From assembly GCA_965153355.1 (NCBI GenBank), contig OZ231126.1, positions 28,458,001 to 28,522,000 of the forward strand: a stretch of 64,000 nucleotides of DNA. Reading direction: 5' to 3'. Each line of letters starts with the position of its first letter. Positions within the stretch are counted from its first letter, which is position 1. This document shows positions 63,420 through 64,000 of this stretch, in pieces. The notes under the pieces were generated by a model. The model ran no database searches and was not told the origin of the DNA. It saw only the letters and a program-made list of their open reading frames with translations. Origin of the DNA: Flaccisagitta enflata. Its lineage: Eukaryota. The position numbers were made by a program, and so were the translations under genes.

Positions 63420-63793
63420 CGTGAAGATTACAAAAACCATAAAAAAGGTTAGCACCCTCACCTACAGCTTATGACAAAAGCTCCACAGGATCATATGGGG
63501 TATCATTCTGTAGCTTGTCACAGTACAATTTACACCACCGAGGCGATTTTCTAATTTCGCTCCCATTCTTGAGAAATCTTACCTCAAACATTGGCGGCGG
63601 ACACCCTCTTAGAGGTGAAAAAAAATCCGACTTTTGGAGTGAATATCACTTGAACGGAGGCGAAATTTAAAATTCGCCTTGGTGGCGTAAATTGTATTGG
63701 GACAACCTATTGAATGATACCCTAAACGACCATGTGGCTTTGGCGACATGAGTTGCAAGGGGGGGTGCTATACCTTTTCCGTAATCCTCACTG
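63420..63793. mobile_element. Degenerate Tc1/mariner-type MITE related to 28575-28975
   Basis: GTGAAGATTAC...TAGCACCCTCACC / GGGGGGTGCTA...GTAATCCTCACTG. Confidence 0.6.
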
Positions 63794-64000
63794 AGGAGGT
63801 TTGGAGTTTCAAACAAAATCATCTAGTGGCATATAACGGAAGTATAATTGAGAATATATGCATAGTAGGTTGCGTATAAGTGGAGTTTTTGGCCTAAAAA
63901 ACGCTTTTTAACGTTTTTTTTAGTAGTATTACAATTACTACTACTTTTTAAGAAGAAATGAGTTTCCCAGTGCCTGTGATGCATCGTTGACTCTTTAGTA

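Overview
AT-rich, repeat-dense eukaryotic genomic DNA, most likely from an invertebrate animal. Most ORFs in the supplied track are translated microsatellites or transposon sequence. Two host genes are supported. (1) An intronless rhodopsin-class (class A) 7TM receptor at about 15.2-16.2 kb (+). (2) A PARP6/PARP8-family mono-ADP-ribosyltransferase of at least 7 exons at 23516-33238 (+), reconstructed by hand with phase-compatible GT-AG introns (2163 nt, 720 aa plus stop, 5' end uncertain). It carries an unexpected UBA-like domain and a 9-aa Ser/Thr repeat. The remainder is a broken LINE reverse transcriptase, two abundant families of non-autonomous Helentron-type (HINE/DINE-1-like) elements with expanding minisatellites, a tRNA-derived SINE, and MITEs of several superfamilies (hAT, Tc1/mariner/pogo, Chapaev-like, piggyBac-like), often nested three or four deep. 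The most notable mobile elements are a 7.56-kb insertion with CACAGT...ACTGTG ends and a 5-bp target duplication (Transib/RAG-like signature), and a 611-bp element with GAC...GTC ends, 4-bp target duplications and almost no TIR. All homology calls are from motif recognition by eye; no searches were run.
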